From Octopus sinensis (Eukaryota): a stretch of DNA of 64,000 bases. The notes under the pieces were generated by a model. The model saw nothing but the letters and a program-made list of their open reading frames with translations. It was not told the DNA's origin and did not search any database. A program made the translations under genes and the position numbers. The stretch spans positions 205,096,001-205,160,000 of the forward strand of contig NC_042998.1 of NCBI RefSeq assembly GCF_006345805.1, read 5' to 3'. Shown in pieces: positions 37,620 to 50,073 of the stretch (position 1 is its first letter; every line of letters starts with the position of its first letter).

Positions 37620-38150
37620 CCTTCAAAGTAGAATGCTTCTCTGACTTCAATTCACTTGTTGTAGCGCTCCAGCCACTTAGTAAAGACCCCTTGGAAATCT
37701 TGCAACGGGAAAGTGTCCAGGAGCCTTGTCACAGCCACCCTCATCTCACTGCATTTAAGGTTCTCCTTCGTCAGGGGGGAACAACCAAAAGGTACAGAGA
37801 GACCAAGGTCTGTACTACGGCAGACAATTTTGATGGCCATCTCTGTCAAGTTGTCGCTTTCCAGGCTGCTGGTCCCTGGCCATCCTGGAAACAACCTTTG
37901 TGCATATTTTACGCTCATTCAAATCTTCAGGAATAATTCTCTGAACATTATTTGCCTCACCAATTCCAAGCTGTTTGCTTCTCTTTATAGAATCACAATG
38001 GTCTTCCTCAAGAAAACTGAGGTCCTCATGTTCCTCTCTCCTTCCTCTCTACCATTCATCAACCTCTTTTACCAGAAAAAGGTTAATCCATGACCAGACT
38101 GGAGCATTTCATAAGTTTCTGCCCAGTTTTAATAAAATGATGATCCAAAT
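37620..38150 (-). mobile_element. Degraded mariner transposase fragment
   Basis: C-terminal KENL..EMRVAVTRLLDTFPLQDFQGVFTKWLERYNK resembles mariner ...LERYNKCIE..G.YFE; upstream part is frameshifted. Confidence 0.7.
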
Positions 38151-38769
38151 TCTCCTCACCTTCTGACTGCAAACCAATCAGCCGTGACAAGCAATGGGTT
38201 AGGGTTTGTTCAAAGTGCTGTTACTGTTCTTTCCTCCAAACTGGAATCACAAAAGTTGGTGGCAGGTCAGCTTATTGGATGTAATTACAATAAGCGAGGA
38301 CAGTTAGAAGTGCCACTCAATCTTTCTTAAACAATAATTAAACAATAATTAACTTTAAAAGTTTATTTTTGCCATCCTGGGGTAATATCTGAAAATATGG
38401 CACCTATACAAAAATTATAATTTCACTTTTATTAAATTTCTTGGTGCTTATATACAAAGTGAGGGAATGGATACTAACTTTCTAAACAGAAAAATGTTTA
38501 TTAATTTAAAATAAAATCAAACAAAATGTTATTTAAAAAGCAGAAATAAAAATTGCAAAGCAGAATGACTCCATGTTGATTTTTATATTGTGGAAGTTCA
38601 CATGCACCGGCCCCTTCTCTCTCTCTCTCTCCATCTGTGAGTAAATATATACTCCCCCTCCTATGATTCTTTCTCTCTTACTACATGTAAGTGTTTTAGC
38701 ATTCATTTACTCATTGCCTGTCACCAAGCCTAATATGTGCACTTGTCCTGCACTCAGCTTTTCACTCAC

Positions 38770-39135
38770 TTTCTCTCTCAAACTCCACCCGTCTAACACC
38801 CGTGGACATGTTTACAAAGTTAGAAAACAGCACAGCTCCTTCCATGACTTTCGGAAACATTTTTTCACGCTAAGAGTTGCTGAAGCATGGAACAAACTGC
38901 CGACATCATTTGTTAGTTGTCGGAGCACTGCATCCTTCAAAACTTCCAAGCTTCCTGAGATTCGCCAACACTACACCTGATTTCCTCCCCTCCATACACA
39001 TGCAAGCAAGTATCTGACTCATACATTGTTCACTTCCCAGACATTTGCACATCACTGCATATGCTTTATATGCACTTTTGACAAGTTGTGGGGCACCTGA
39101 GCACTGCATACAATAATTTCATTATTATTATTATA
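38770..39135 (+). mobile_element. CR1-type LINE 3' end
   Basis: NTRGHVYKV..RKHFFTLRVAEAWNKLP..FK is the CR1 ORF2 C-terminal signature; (ATT)n tail follows. Confidence 0.88.
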
Positions 39136-39894
39136 TTAAGAATGACTGAAGAAATCTACCCAGGAACATTTCTATCAGCTTTTGTTAGAGAGAGAGAGAG
39201 AAAAGAGATTATAATACAGAGATAATATTAGAGATTATTGAGTTGTTTACATCCAGTTGATGGATTAACATCAAAGAAAACAGAACTGTTTTTATGCAAT
39301 TCAAATAGATTTGTTTACTTAATACCTGAATCTAAATAAACAATAAGTGTGTGTGTGTTGTTGTTGTTGTTGTTGAAACATTGACCTCTGTTGACCTGAC
39401 ACAGTGGTCAGATCAATAAACACACTGTCTTTGGTGAATATTCTTGGAATTGGGTCTGAGACATTTATTTTTGAAACCTAATTTGGAATGGCTCAATACT
39501 GCTCGTTCCAACCACGACCACCACCATTGGCTGGAATAAATAAATAAATGATTCTATTTGTTTTTAACTGAAGCAAATGAGAAATTACAAACAACAAAAC
39601 TCAAAAATGTAAAAGGAAAGGGAAAAAGAATTTGTACTCAATCCGTCCTGACTTTGGAAAGATATCTGTTCTAATTAACTGATTTCACTTCATCAACAGA
39701 TTTATTTACTTTAGACAAACTGAAATATTTTCTTAATTAACATCGCGTTGCTTCTGTCAGCAACGAGTTGTCTCCCCTCGCACCTCGGTTAATATTATGA
39801 CTAAAGACTGATGATGAGTGAAGAAGTGTTGACTTGTTCGTGGCAGCAATTATTAGTTTCTGTTAATTAACCTACTTGTTAGGTAAACTTTGCT

Positions 39895-39936
<42 letters not shown>

Positions 39937-41087
39937 ATAACTCTAAAATGAATTTATTCCGAAACTTCCAGCAGCTAAAATATCAGTTGTCAGAGACAAC
40001 ACATCATCATCATCATCACTTCTACCACCATCATCACCTTTATTATCATCATCACCACAAACATGATGGCGGGGGGGAGGTTCCTCTAAAGTTGTTGAAG
40101 CAATTCCAACCCTGGGGCATATTGGTTGTCGTTGAAATCTTCTTCAGAGTTCCCAATTTCAGTCCATTTCTCTGCAATTCCTGGCAGTAAAACATCCAGA
40201 ATTGCTTCCATTATGTTCCTTCAAATCCTTTGACCAAAATCTGGCACCATGCTCCTTAGTTCTTCCTAGACAGAGTGGTTATTGGGGTAGTTGTTTTAAC
40301 CCCAGGTCCATTCTGTGTGAGTACATCTCTCCAGGTTACAGTCTACCTTGGGTTACATGACTCAATGCACCCTTGCTTGCCAGCTCCTGTTAAATGGTCT
40401 GACCCATTCCCGGAATGGAAGATGGATATTAAATGAGGATGATGACATCCTGACTGAGTCTCTAAAACCTGTGCAAAGAAAATGATTTCAGACCAAAACA
40501 ACAATTTAATGGAAGTTTCTTATTTAGGAATTTGTAAAATTATCCTTTTTTTTTTTTTTTTTTTGGGTTCCACAGAACTGGTCCACAACTGAGGTGGCCC
40601 CTGCAATGTGGTTCCACAAATACGATCAAACAGAAGCAGTCCCCAAAATAGGACCCACAGATGTAGTCCTGAAGATATCATCCCATGGATGAGCTTCTTA
40701 TAGACTTGGTATAAAAAGATGACCTTCACCCATGATGTAAGCCATCATGCAGCACGAGGCATGGCAGCTGTGTGGTTAAGCAGCTTGCTTTGTAAGCATC
40801 TGGTTCCAGGTTCAGCCCCACTCTGCAGCACATTGGCCAAGTGTCTTCTACAATAGCCCTGAAATGTCCAAAGCCTTATGAATGAATTTGGGAGGTGGAA
40901 ACTGTGTATCTGTGTGTGGGTGTGGACGTGTTCCACCACTGCTTGACAATTGGTGTTGCTTTGTTTACATCCACACTTAAGAATAAGTACTGAGATCGAT
41001 TTGTTCCACTAAATCCCTCAAGACAGTGCTCCAGCATTGGCACAGTCCAATGACTGAAACAAATAAAAGATAAATGAAGAGGAATTA

Positions 41088-41600
<513 letters not shown>

Positions 41601-42578
41601 TGAGAAGAATGAAATTTCTGTCGTGAAATAAGGAATATTCCTTCTAACTCTCCATTTCCTTGGCTGCAGTTCTTGGATATAACTCTTAACTCTCCAATAT
41701 TTATTCATCTCCTTACTCTCCAATATCGTAATATTTGATATTGAAACAAAAGTCCCTTGATGTCAATTTTGTTTCCTGTCTTCCTTCCAATATTGACCCT
41801 CAATAAATGTCTCTCAATTCCTCTCAAATGCTCACCGTTCTCTTGTTTCTTCCATGTTGCCAAATCCAGGTTAAATATGAACCGAGGTAAGTAGAAAGCT
41901 GATGTGTTTGCTTGATTTGATGTGATCCTGTTTTACCTTGTGGTGATTTTTTGAGTTTTTCTTCCCTTCTTCTTCTTAAACAGTCTTTGAATTTTTAGCC
42001 ATTTTCTTCATTCTCAGTCTTTAGCTTTCTTTATTCTAAAATTCTGCAACTTTTAACAGATTTCTTTACCAAAAATCCTTGTACCCGTTGACCTCTCAAC
42101 GTGTTATGGTTGAAGCGAAGGCATGCGGCCGAGTGGTTTGCGTGTTCAGCTCATAATCATGGGGTCATGAGTTTGATTCCCATCATTGCTTTGTGTCCTT
42201 GAACAAGACACTTGACTTCACATCTGGCCATTTTGAACATAAAAACAGAATATTTTGTCTGGACACAGGATCTAGTTTAAATGCCAAAGAGTTAAACTTG
42301 AAATAGTATTTGCTGATTTTCTTGGAATTTTTCCTTCATTTCCCTTAGTTTAAATCCAGAATTTTATTCATTCCCCCAACAGCTAAACTGAATAAAATGT
42401 TGCCCTTCCCACTTAAATCTTCATCTTTAATTCATCCAAGAAATGTTGTTGTGGTGTATTGAGGACAATAAAACCCAATTCCTTCTTCTTCCTCAGTCAG
42501 TCTCAGTGAAACATGAGATGCTAAATAATCTGGAAATGTTACCAAACATAGAACCTGTATCCGTCCTTCGTATCTCAC

Positions 42579-43340
42579 CTTGGAATTAAAGCTGAGCACT
42601 TGATTTCCAGAAAAGGTACCAAGATGGCTACAAAACCGACTTTAAGGGGTACAATGGAGATTTTGTCAAGCAGGGGTCTTTGAGTTGTGATTCCAGTAAC
42701 TGGCTGTTGATTTCTTGGATTTAAATCTCTTCAAGAGAGCAACAAACACAACCAGAAAAGCAGCTGTTTGTGACCCCTAAAAAGTCACATGACCACTCCT
42801 TTGACTCCCCCCTCCTCCTTATACAGTCAAATATTTCTCAGTCATTAATTAGTTAAATGTCAGACATTTACTAATAACTTTGAGGCATAATTATGTTAAA
42901 GAGAGACAAATACTGGTCTCCTTTGATCTCCTTTGATCTGTTAAATAATGCAATATAATGTGCCACCATTGATCTGTTGTGGTTCGGAATCCAAATGCAA
43001 TTTGGGAAATTCCGCTGCAGAGGAAGCAAATAGCCACAATGGTGAAACGTGTGTAGGGAACAAGTGATATAAACTGCATTGGGTCTTTGATCATGATTTC
43101 TCGTGTGTTTGTTGGATGGAATTGCTTCCACAGCCAGACAAGATATTTGGCTTCAGAGAAACAAACAAAAAAGGGTGCCTCTATGCGGTCACTCACCCTG
43201 TTAGAAATAGCTGTCAAACACCCCATGCAGTTACACCTTACAATGTGTTTTTTAAAAAAAAAAAACGGACATATTTGTGCTATAGTCCTAGGTATACTGT
43301 GGCTGAAACTAGCTCAAAATTAACTGTTTAATCAAAGTGA
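42579..43340 (-). promoter_or_regulatory. Candidate Wnt/TCF-responsive promoter or enhancer, with possible non-coding first exon
   Basis: CCTTTGATC twice in tandem (42920, 42930), CTTTGATC (43085), ATCAAAG (43331), CCTTTGA (42798), GTCACATGAC (42784), minus-strand TATAA (42819-42823) and AAG|GTGAGA donor at 42579/42578. Confidence 0.35.
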
Positions 43341-43454
43341 AATAATCCACTAAATCCAAGAAGGACGAAAAATAAACATTTTTTTTTTTTCAAAGAAAAC
43401 TGAAACTATGACGCAATTAGGAAATGTTTTAGATTTTGTTGAATTTAATGTTGA

Positions 43455-43524
<70 letters not shown>

Positions 43525-43706
43525 TATTGTAGTAGTAGAAGTAGTAGTAGTAGTAACAACAACTTTGTTAAAGTCATTCATAGTTACCTCCCTTTAGTTA
43601 AGCAGCTAATTGTTCAGGTTAAATGTTTAGTAGACCGGTTGTGTGTGCACACACGCACTTCTTGGCTGGCGATAACCGACGACGACATTATACACACACA
43701 CACATA

Positions 43707-43738
<32 letters not shown>

Positions 43739-44300
43739 CATACATTCAGGACACATGTATACACAAATTGTATATGTACACACACGTTCATCTGTAAAAA
43801 CTTGCTATCTCTCTCCCTTTAAAACGGGTTTCAGTTCTTGAACTTCGGTCATGCTGGAGCATCGTCTTTCATGTTTCCACTCACCTCAGCAACCTGGCAC
43901 AATCAGCAGCATTTCTGAGTTTTGAGTTCAAATTCCGCTGAGGTTAACTTTGCCATTTATCATCTTCGGGTCGTTAGAATAAGATCCTGTGGAGCTCTGG
44001 GATCAAAGTAATCGATTTGTCCCATCCCCCCCCCCTCAAAACTTCAGGCGTTGAACCTGTGATGGAAAGAATTTCATTGAATGGCTAAATTGACCAGAGT
44101 TACGTCCCTTTGAGAAAGTATTCTGCCGCTGACACAGGGTCTTTCCTGTACCCCACACGCACACACAGGGGCCTGGCTGTGAGTTAACGGGTTTGCTCTG
44201 CAACCTCTGCATCTGTCCCCTGGAACAGCACATTGGGAATGCCGACCACTGCTTTGTCAGTGAATTTGGTAATGGAAACTTTAAAAAACCCATCATATAT

Positions 44301-44503
44301 AGGTACTACTTAAGAAGAGTGATCCCGGTGCGCGCACTCGCGTACTCGCACGTCCGCGCTAGCTAGTCGTGACTAGTCGAGCCTCACTTTGAGTTTTTGT
44401 GTTTTATTTACTTTGCTAGGTAGTCGTAGGATCGACTAGTCACGACTAGCTAGCGCGGATACGCGAGTGCGCGCACCGGGCCCACTCTTCTTAAATAGTA
44501 CCT
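44301..44503. mobile_element. CpG-rich MITE with TIRs of about 80 bp (Tc1/mariner-type, TA-rich flanks)
   Basis: AGGTACTACTTAAGAAGAGTG...CCGGTGCGCGCACTCGCGTA...CCGCGCTAGCTAGTCGTGACTAGTCGA is mirrored at the right end. Confidence 0.85.
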
Positions 44504-45399
44504 CATATATGTGTGTGTGTGTGTTTATACACATTTGTTATCATCATTTTAGCATCCACTTATCTACTTACCTGTACCTGCTTGGATTAGAGGGAATTCC
44601 CTGAGGCAGACGACCCTCAGCTGGGTGCCTTCCCTGTCACCAACCCTCACTCGTTTCCAAGCAAAATAACGTCGTCCTCTTGGCCAGCCATGTCTTCTTC
44701 TTTTGGGGAGCCTTTTTACAACAATGGCAGGAGGTCAAGACTAGGAGAGACAAACACACACGCACACACATGCATGCACATATATGACAGGCTTCTTACA
44801 GTTTCCATTTGTTTGACTTGAGGCTTTAGTAGAAGATAAATCCCCAAGGTGCCACTGTGTGGGACTGGAGTGGTCAGCAGGCAAGCATCCTGACCAAACA
44901 CTTCCTTCATTTTCCTTCCCTTCTGCAGAGATTATTTAAAATTATTTCATTTCTGTCTTGAATGTTTCTTTTCCATTTTCCTTCATATTTATTCCCAAAT
45001 TTTCCCTTCTTCCTTGACATATTTCTTCCATCACAACCGTTCCCCACCCACCCATTCCACCCTCTTCTCCTCCATTTCTCTTATCATCCATCCATACACA
45101 CCACCATACCTACACAAAAGTAGATTTTCCAAAATGTTTTCCTTTTTTAACTTCTCTCCGTAGAATTCCCTGTTTTTCATACATTCAAGCTTTTATACAC
45201 TTACGGTGATACACAGACACATGTCTGCATGTATATATACATGTGTGTCATCAGCTTTCTATGCTGGCATGGGTTGGACGATTTGACTGAGGACTGGCGA
45301 ACCAGATGGCTGCACCAGGCTTCATCTGGTTCGCCAGTCCTCACTCAAAATTCAAATCGTCCAACCCATGCATGTGTGTTTGTGTATATATATATATAT

Positions 45400-46645
45400 A
45401 TAAATCAAACCAAATCAAAATAGATGAATATCAATGGAATTTGTATCTTTGTGGTTCCAGTACCGGTGGCACACAAGAAAACCATCCGAAGTGGCCGTAG
45501 CTGGTACCGCATCGACTGGCCTCCGTGCTGTGGGCACAACAAACACCATCTGATCGTGGCCGTTCGCCAGCCTCACCTGGCACCTGTGTCGGTGGCACAT
45601 AAAAACACCATCCAAAGACCCGCGACGTAGTCAGTCCACCTGTGCATACCTTCCCTCTTATGACACTTGTGAAGACCTGTTGAGGCAGAGGCAAGTGTGT
45701 GACACTTGTGAAGACCTGTTGAGGCAGAGGCAAGTGTGTGACACTTGTGGAGACCTGTTGAGGCAAGTGTGTGACACGCGTGACACTTGTGAAGACCTGT
45801 TGAGGCAAGTGAAAATCAAACCAAATCAAAATAGATGAACATCAATGGAATTTGAATTTGTATCTTTGTGGTTCCAGTACCGGTGGCACACAAGAAAACC
45901 ATCCGATCGTGGCCGTTCGCCAGCCACATCTGGCACCTGTGTCGGTGGCACATAAAGACACCATCCGAAGACCCGGCGACGTAGACAGTCCACCTGTGCA
46001 TACCTTCCTTCTTGTGACACTTGTGAAGACCTGTTGAGGCAAGTGAAAATCAAATCAAATCAAAACAAATCAAAATAGATGAGCATAAATGGAATTTGTA
46101 TCTTTGTGGTACCAGTGCCGGTGGCACACAAGAAAATCATCCGAACGTGGCCGTAGCCAGTACCGCATAGACTGGCCTCCGTGCTTTGGGGACGTAACAA
46201 ACACCATCCGATCGTGGCCGTCCGCCAGCCTCATCTGGCACCTGTGTCGGTGGCACATAAAAACACCATCCGAGCGTGGCCGTCTGCCAGCCTCGTCTGG
46301 CACCTGCCAGCCTCATCTGGCACCTGTGTCGGTGGCACATAAAAACACCATCCGAGCGTGGCCGTCTGCCAGCCTCGTCTGGCACCTGTGTCGGTGGCAC
46401 ATAAAAACACCATCCGAGCGTGGCCGTTCGCCAGCCTCGTCTGGCACCTGTGTCGGTGGCACATAAAATCACCCACTACACTCTCGGAGTGGTTGGCGTT
46501 AGGAAGGGCATCCAGCTGTAGAAACACTGCCAGATCTGACTGGCCTGGTGCAGCCTTCGGGCTCCCCAGACCCCAGTTGAACCGTCCAACCCATGCTAGC
46601 ATGGAAAACGGACGCTAAATGATGATGATGATGATGATGATGATA
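45400..46645 (+). mobile_element. RTE 3' UTR expanded by nested tandem duplications
   Basis: 62-bp units (CACCTGTGTC at 46321, 46383, 46445), units of about 39 bp at 45660-45810, and a larger block duplication. Ends in the standard RTE tail and (GAT)n. Confidence 0.88.
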
Positions 46646-46671
46646 TATATATATATATAATGTCAGGTCAC

Positions 46672-47214
46672 TTTCAAGTGCTACTGGTAACATGTAACCC
46701 AGTACAACCTGATACATGGTCAGGTTGTTGGCGACTAAACCGGCAACCCCACCAAGCTCGCTTGGTGAGGAGGTTGTTTATTGGACACCCTGCGGGATGA
46801 AAAACAAAACCTGTCAAAGGGCGGAGGAACTCTTGAGAGTCAACGGCCATCCAATAAATGTCTTAAGGCTGTATCATGCGCAGGGACATAGAAATAATCG
46901 GACTGAATACCCGATCACGTGGTTAAACCATTGGGAGTGAAGGACTCCTAGCCTTTGTTAGGGCATCCCTCTTGGAGAAGGTAACTCAGGTAACTGGGAT
47001 AACTCCGACATAAAACCTGCGGCTCAGTGGTTACCGATGATGTTGACTTGTTTTCTTTTCGGATTATGGCTGCTGTTGCTTAGTGAGTGGGATTGACTCA
47101 GTGCACAGCTTTTCCTCACTTTAAAAAAAATCTTCTTGCTCAGGCATTGCACAATAACAACATTGATTAAGCTTCGTGCAATGGCCATACTCGACAACGA
47201 GGGGGCAGCCACCA
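46672..47214 (+). mobile_element. CpG-rich structured element resembling an RTE-type 5' UTR
   Basis: GGGCATCCCTCTTGGAGAAGGTAACTC resembles the motif I recall from RTE 5' UTRs. Several perfect hairpins, no ORF, flanked by (TA)n. Confidence 0.4.
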
Positions 47215-47256
47215 TATATATATATATGTTATATACATATATATACACACAGACAC

Positions 47257-47509
47257 ATACAGTGTTTCTTCACTATTTACAATGTTTTTCTGTATTTATA
47301 TTTTATTCAATTTAATCGCCACAAATAATTGGGTGACATGTTTTCTTAAAGTTCTGCAAAGAGAGAGAGAGAGAGAGAGAGAAGGGGGTGAGAGAAAGAG
47401 AAGGCTTGTTGCAGAATCTTAAGAAAACATGTCACCCAGTTATTTGTGGCAATCAAATTGAATAAAATATAAATATATAAAAAACATAAATAGTGAAGAA
47501 ACACTGTAT
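47257..47509. repeat. Foldback inverted repeat, arms about 100 bp around a (GA)n loop
   Basis: ATACAGTGTTTCTTCACTATTTA...GGGTGACATGTTTTCTTAAAGTTCTGCAA (47257-47359) mirrors 47409-47509. Confidence 0.92.
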
Positions 47510-47565
47510 GTATCTGTACACACACACACACTCACACACATATATATATATCATACATGAGTGTA

Positions 47566-48212
47566 CATGGAAAAATGCAAGCAAAAGAAATAATATTCAT
47601 AAGATTATAAACCTGGAAAATTACAGCAAAATACAGAAGAAGAAAATTTTTACTTAAAATATTTGCAGCTAAGAATGAAATTTCAAATAAAATATTTAGA
47701 TTTAGAAAATATTAGCTTTTATTAAAACCAAAAATTTTATTACAAGTTATTACTTCTATTTGTTATTAATTGTTATTTCTATTAAAATGAAAAATAATGC
47801 AATTAAAATATTTTTTGCACTTTAAAAAAATTCATTTCTTTTGATTATTAATTAATAATTAAAAATTTGAAAATAGGGTATAAAAGATAATACTAGTATA
47901 TAATTAGTACAACAAATAGAATAATACAAAAATTAGTTATATATTATAGTAAAATCTTCCTATAACAACAATTTCACAGTAAAATTTGCTTGAGTTATTG
48001 CCAAATCTTCACATTTTTAGTCTTGACCCTATTTTTTAAATAATGAATTTGCCTACCATATATACTATTCTACTTTGCATAAAACTTTAGCTATATTCGT
48101 ACTTCTGGCTCTCATCTTTTAAGCATTCTAGTGTCAATATTTTAACTTGTCCTCTAATTTTCCAGGTTTATAACCTTAAGAATATTATTTCTCTTGCTTG
48201 CATTTTTCCATA
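47566..48212. mobile_element. AT-rich MITE-like element with 57-bp terminal inverted repeats
   Basis: ATGGAAAAATGCAAGCAAAAGAAATAATATTC..AAACCTGGAAAATTA (47567-47623) is inverted at 48155-48211; very AT-rich interior. Confidence 0.6.
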
Positions 48213-48974
48213 TAATCCATGTTTTTTCCAGGCCAAGCTATTATACTAATTAACAATGTGTCAAATGTGTCAATTAGTGGTGTTGTTGATAATTTTTTCC
48301 TTACCTCAATGACGCTGGTAACATATATTAAAAGTCCCCTTATAGAACTATATTCATAAAAAAGTATAGAACTATATTGTCACCCACAAATTTGAAAAAC
48401 AAACACTCATAACCTTTTCCTTTTAAAACCTCATTGCATGAGATTGATACCATGAAATTCCTCGAATTGAGCTCTATCATTTAAGCTTAAGTTTGTTTTT
48501 AAAATAAAAAAAGGAAATTATACTTAAATCCAATTTTTTGCCTTACTTATGTATTTTTTCATGATATCTTGCTTCACAACTTTTTTGATACAAATTTTTG
48601 TTGCATGAGAACAAAACTATGAAATTCTTCATGCTTTTTTCTGTCATTGAAGCTAAGATAAATATATTTTGCTTTTAAAATAAAAAAGTTATTTAGATCT
48701 AAACTTGATTGGTGATGTTACTTACTCTCCTAGGATCAAATCTCAATTTTTTATGCCAAAATGTAGCTAGGGACCAGTCCTCTTCAACAATGTTAACAGC
48801 TTTCAATTTGGTTAAGAACTGAATTAGCAACAAGCTCTGAAAGATGCTGCACGTGAGTAACTTCCGGCTTTAAGAATATTATTCAACTCCTACTTTAGTA
48901 GTTGGAGGATACATACAACAAAATATATGCAAGTATAACAACAATGGACATGGGATTTTATTAATGCTGCTATA

Positions 48975-49008
<34 letters not shown>

Positions 49009-49079
49009 GCTCACCAGTAGCTGCTGCTTCTTCTTCTTCTTCTTCTTCTTCTTCCCCGTTCTTCCTCTGAGAGTGTAGC

Positions 49080-50012
49080 TGTGAGAATAAGATTAAGCTG
49101 GGCAAAGTTCAAAGAGCTCCTACCCCTGCTGGCAACAAAGGGCCTCTCCCTCAGAGTGTAAGGTAGATTGTATGATACCCACATGCAAACAGCTATGCTG
49201 CATGGCAGTGAAACATGGGGTGTGACAGCTGAGGACATGCGTAGGCTTGAAAGAAATGAAGCCAGTATGCTTTGCTGGATGTGCAATGTCAGTGTGCATG
49301 GATGACAGAGTGTAAGCATCTTGAGAGAAAGTTGGGCATAAGAGGCATCAGATGTGGTGTGCGAGAGAGACGACTGCGCTGGTGTGGTCACGTGATGCGT
49401 ATAGATGAGGACAGCTGTGTAATGAAGTGCAGATCTCTAACTGTGGAGTGAACCTGTGGTAGAGGTAGACCCAGGAAGACATGGGATGAGGTGGTGAAGC
49501 ATGATCTTTGAACTTTGGGCCTCACAGAAGCAGTGACTAGTGATTGAGACCTTTGTCGATATGCTTTGCTTGAGAAGACCCATCAAACCAAGTGCACCCA
49601 TGCTGGTGGCATGTAAAGAACATCTTTTGAATGTTGGGCCTGATGGAGGCAAAGTGGCTGAGTTCCTTTCAAGAGTTGGGCCACATGGAGCAATGACCAA
49701 GACCCTTGGCATTATGCTGTGCTTGAGAAGAAGACCCATCAAGCCAAGTAAAACCACAGTCATGGCTGATACTGGTGTCACACAATCGGCACATAAAAGC
49801 ACCCAGGTCGCACACAAATGGCACCTGTGCCAGCTGGCATGTAAAAGCACCCATTACATTCTCCGAGGGGTTGGTGTTAGGAAAAGCATCCAGCTGTAGA
49901 AAACCATGCCAAATCCCCCTGAAATCTGATGCAGCCTTCTTGCATGCCAGCCTGGACAAACTGTCCAACCCATGCCAGCAGGAATAACGGACGTTAAACG
50001 ATGATGATGATG
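49080..50012 (+). mobile_element. 5'-truncated RTE LINE (ORF2 C-terminus and 3' UTR)
   Basis: MLHGSETWGVTAEDMRRLERNEASM...RRLRWCGHVMR...GRGRPRKTWDEVVKHDL with stops; standard tail. Confidence 0.92.
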
Positions 50013-50073
50013 ATAATAATATATATATATATATATATATATAGTGCACTTGAGCATTGTATACTATAAGTTC

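Noticed and set aside
40500-40730. CR1/L2 RT fragment
   Set aside because: Only a faint resemblance to the SGVPQGSVLGPLLF motif; too degraded to list as a feature.
42871-43331. Overlapping ORFs of 70-110 aa as a protein-coding gene
   Set aside because: No recognisable homology, and ORFs on both strands have chance-level lengths.
46070-46480. CRISPR-like repeat-spacer pattern (also 16960-17170, 26370-26540)
   Set aside because: The spacers are homologous to each other, the arrays lie within RTE 3' UTRs, there are no cas genes, and the context is eukaryotic.
47600-48720. Mitochondrial insertion (NUMT)
   Set aside because: I found no recognisable mitochondrial frame, tRNA or rRNA motif; the inverted and direct repeats fit a transposon better.
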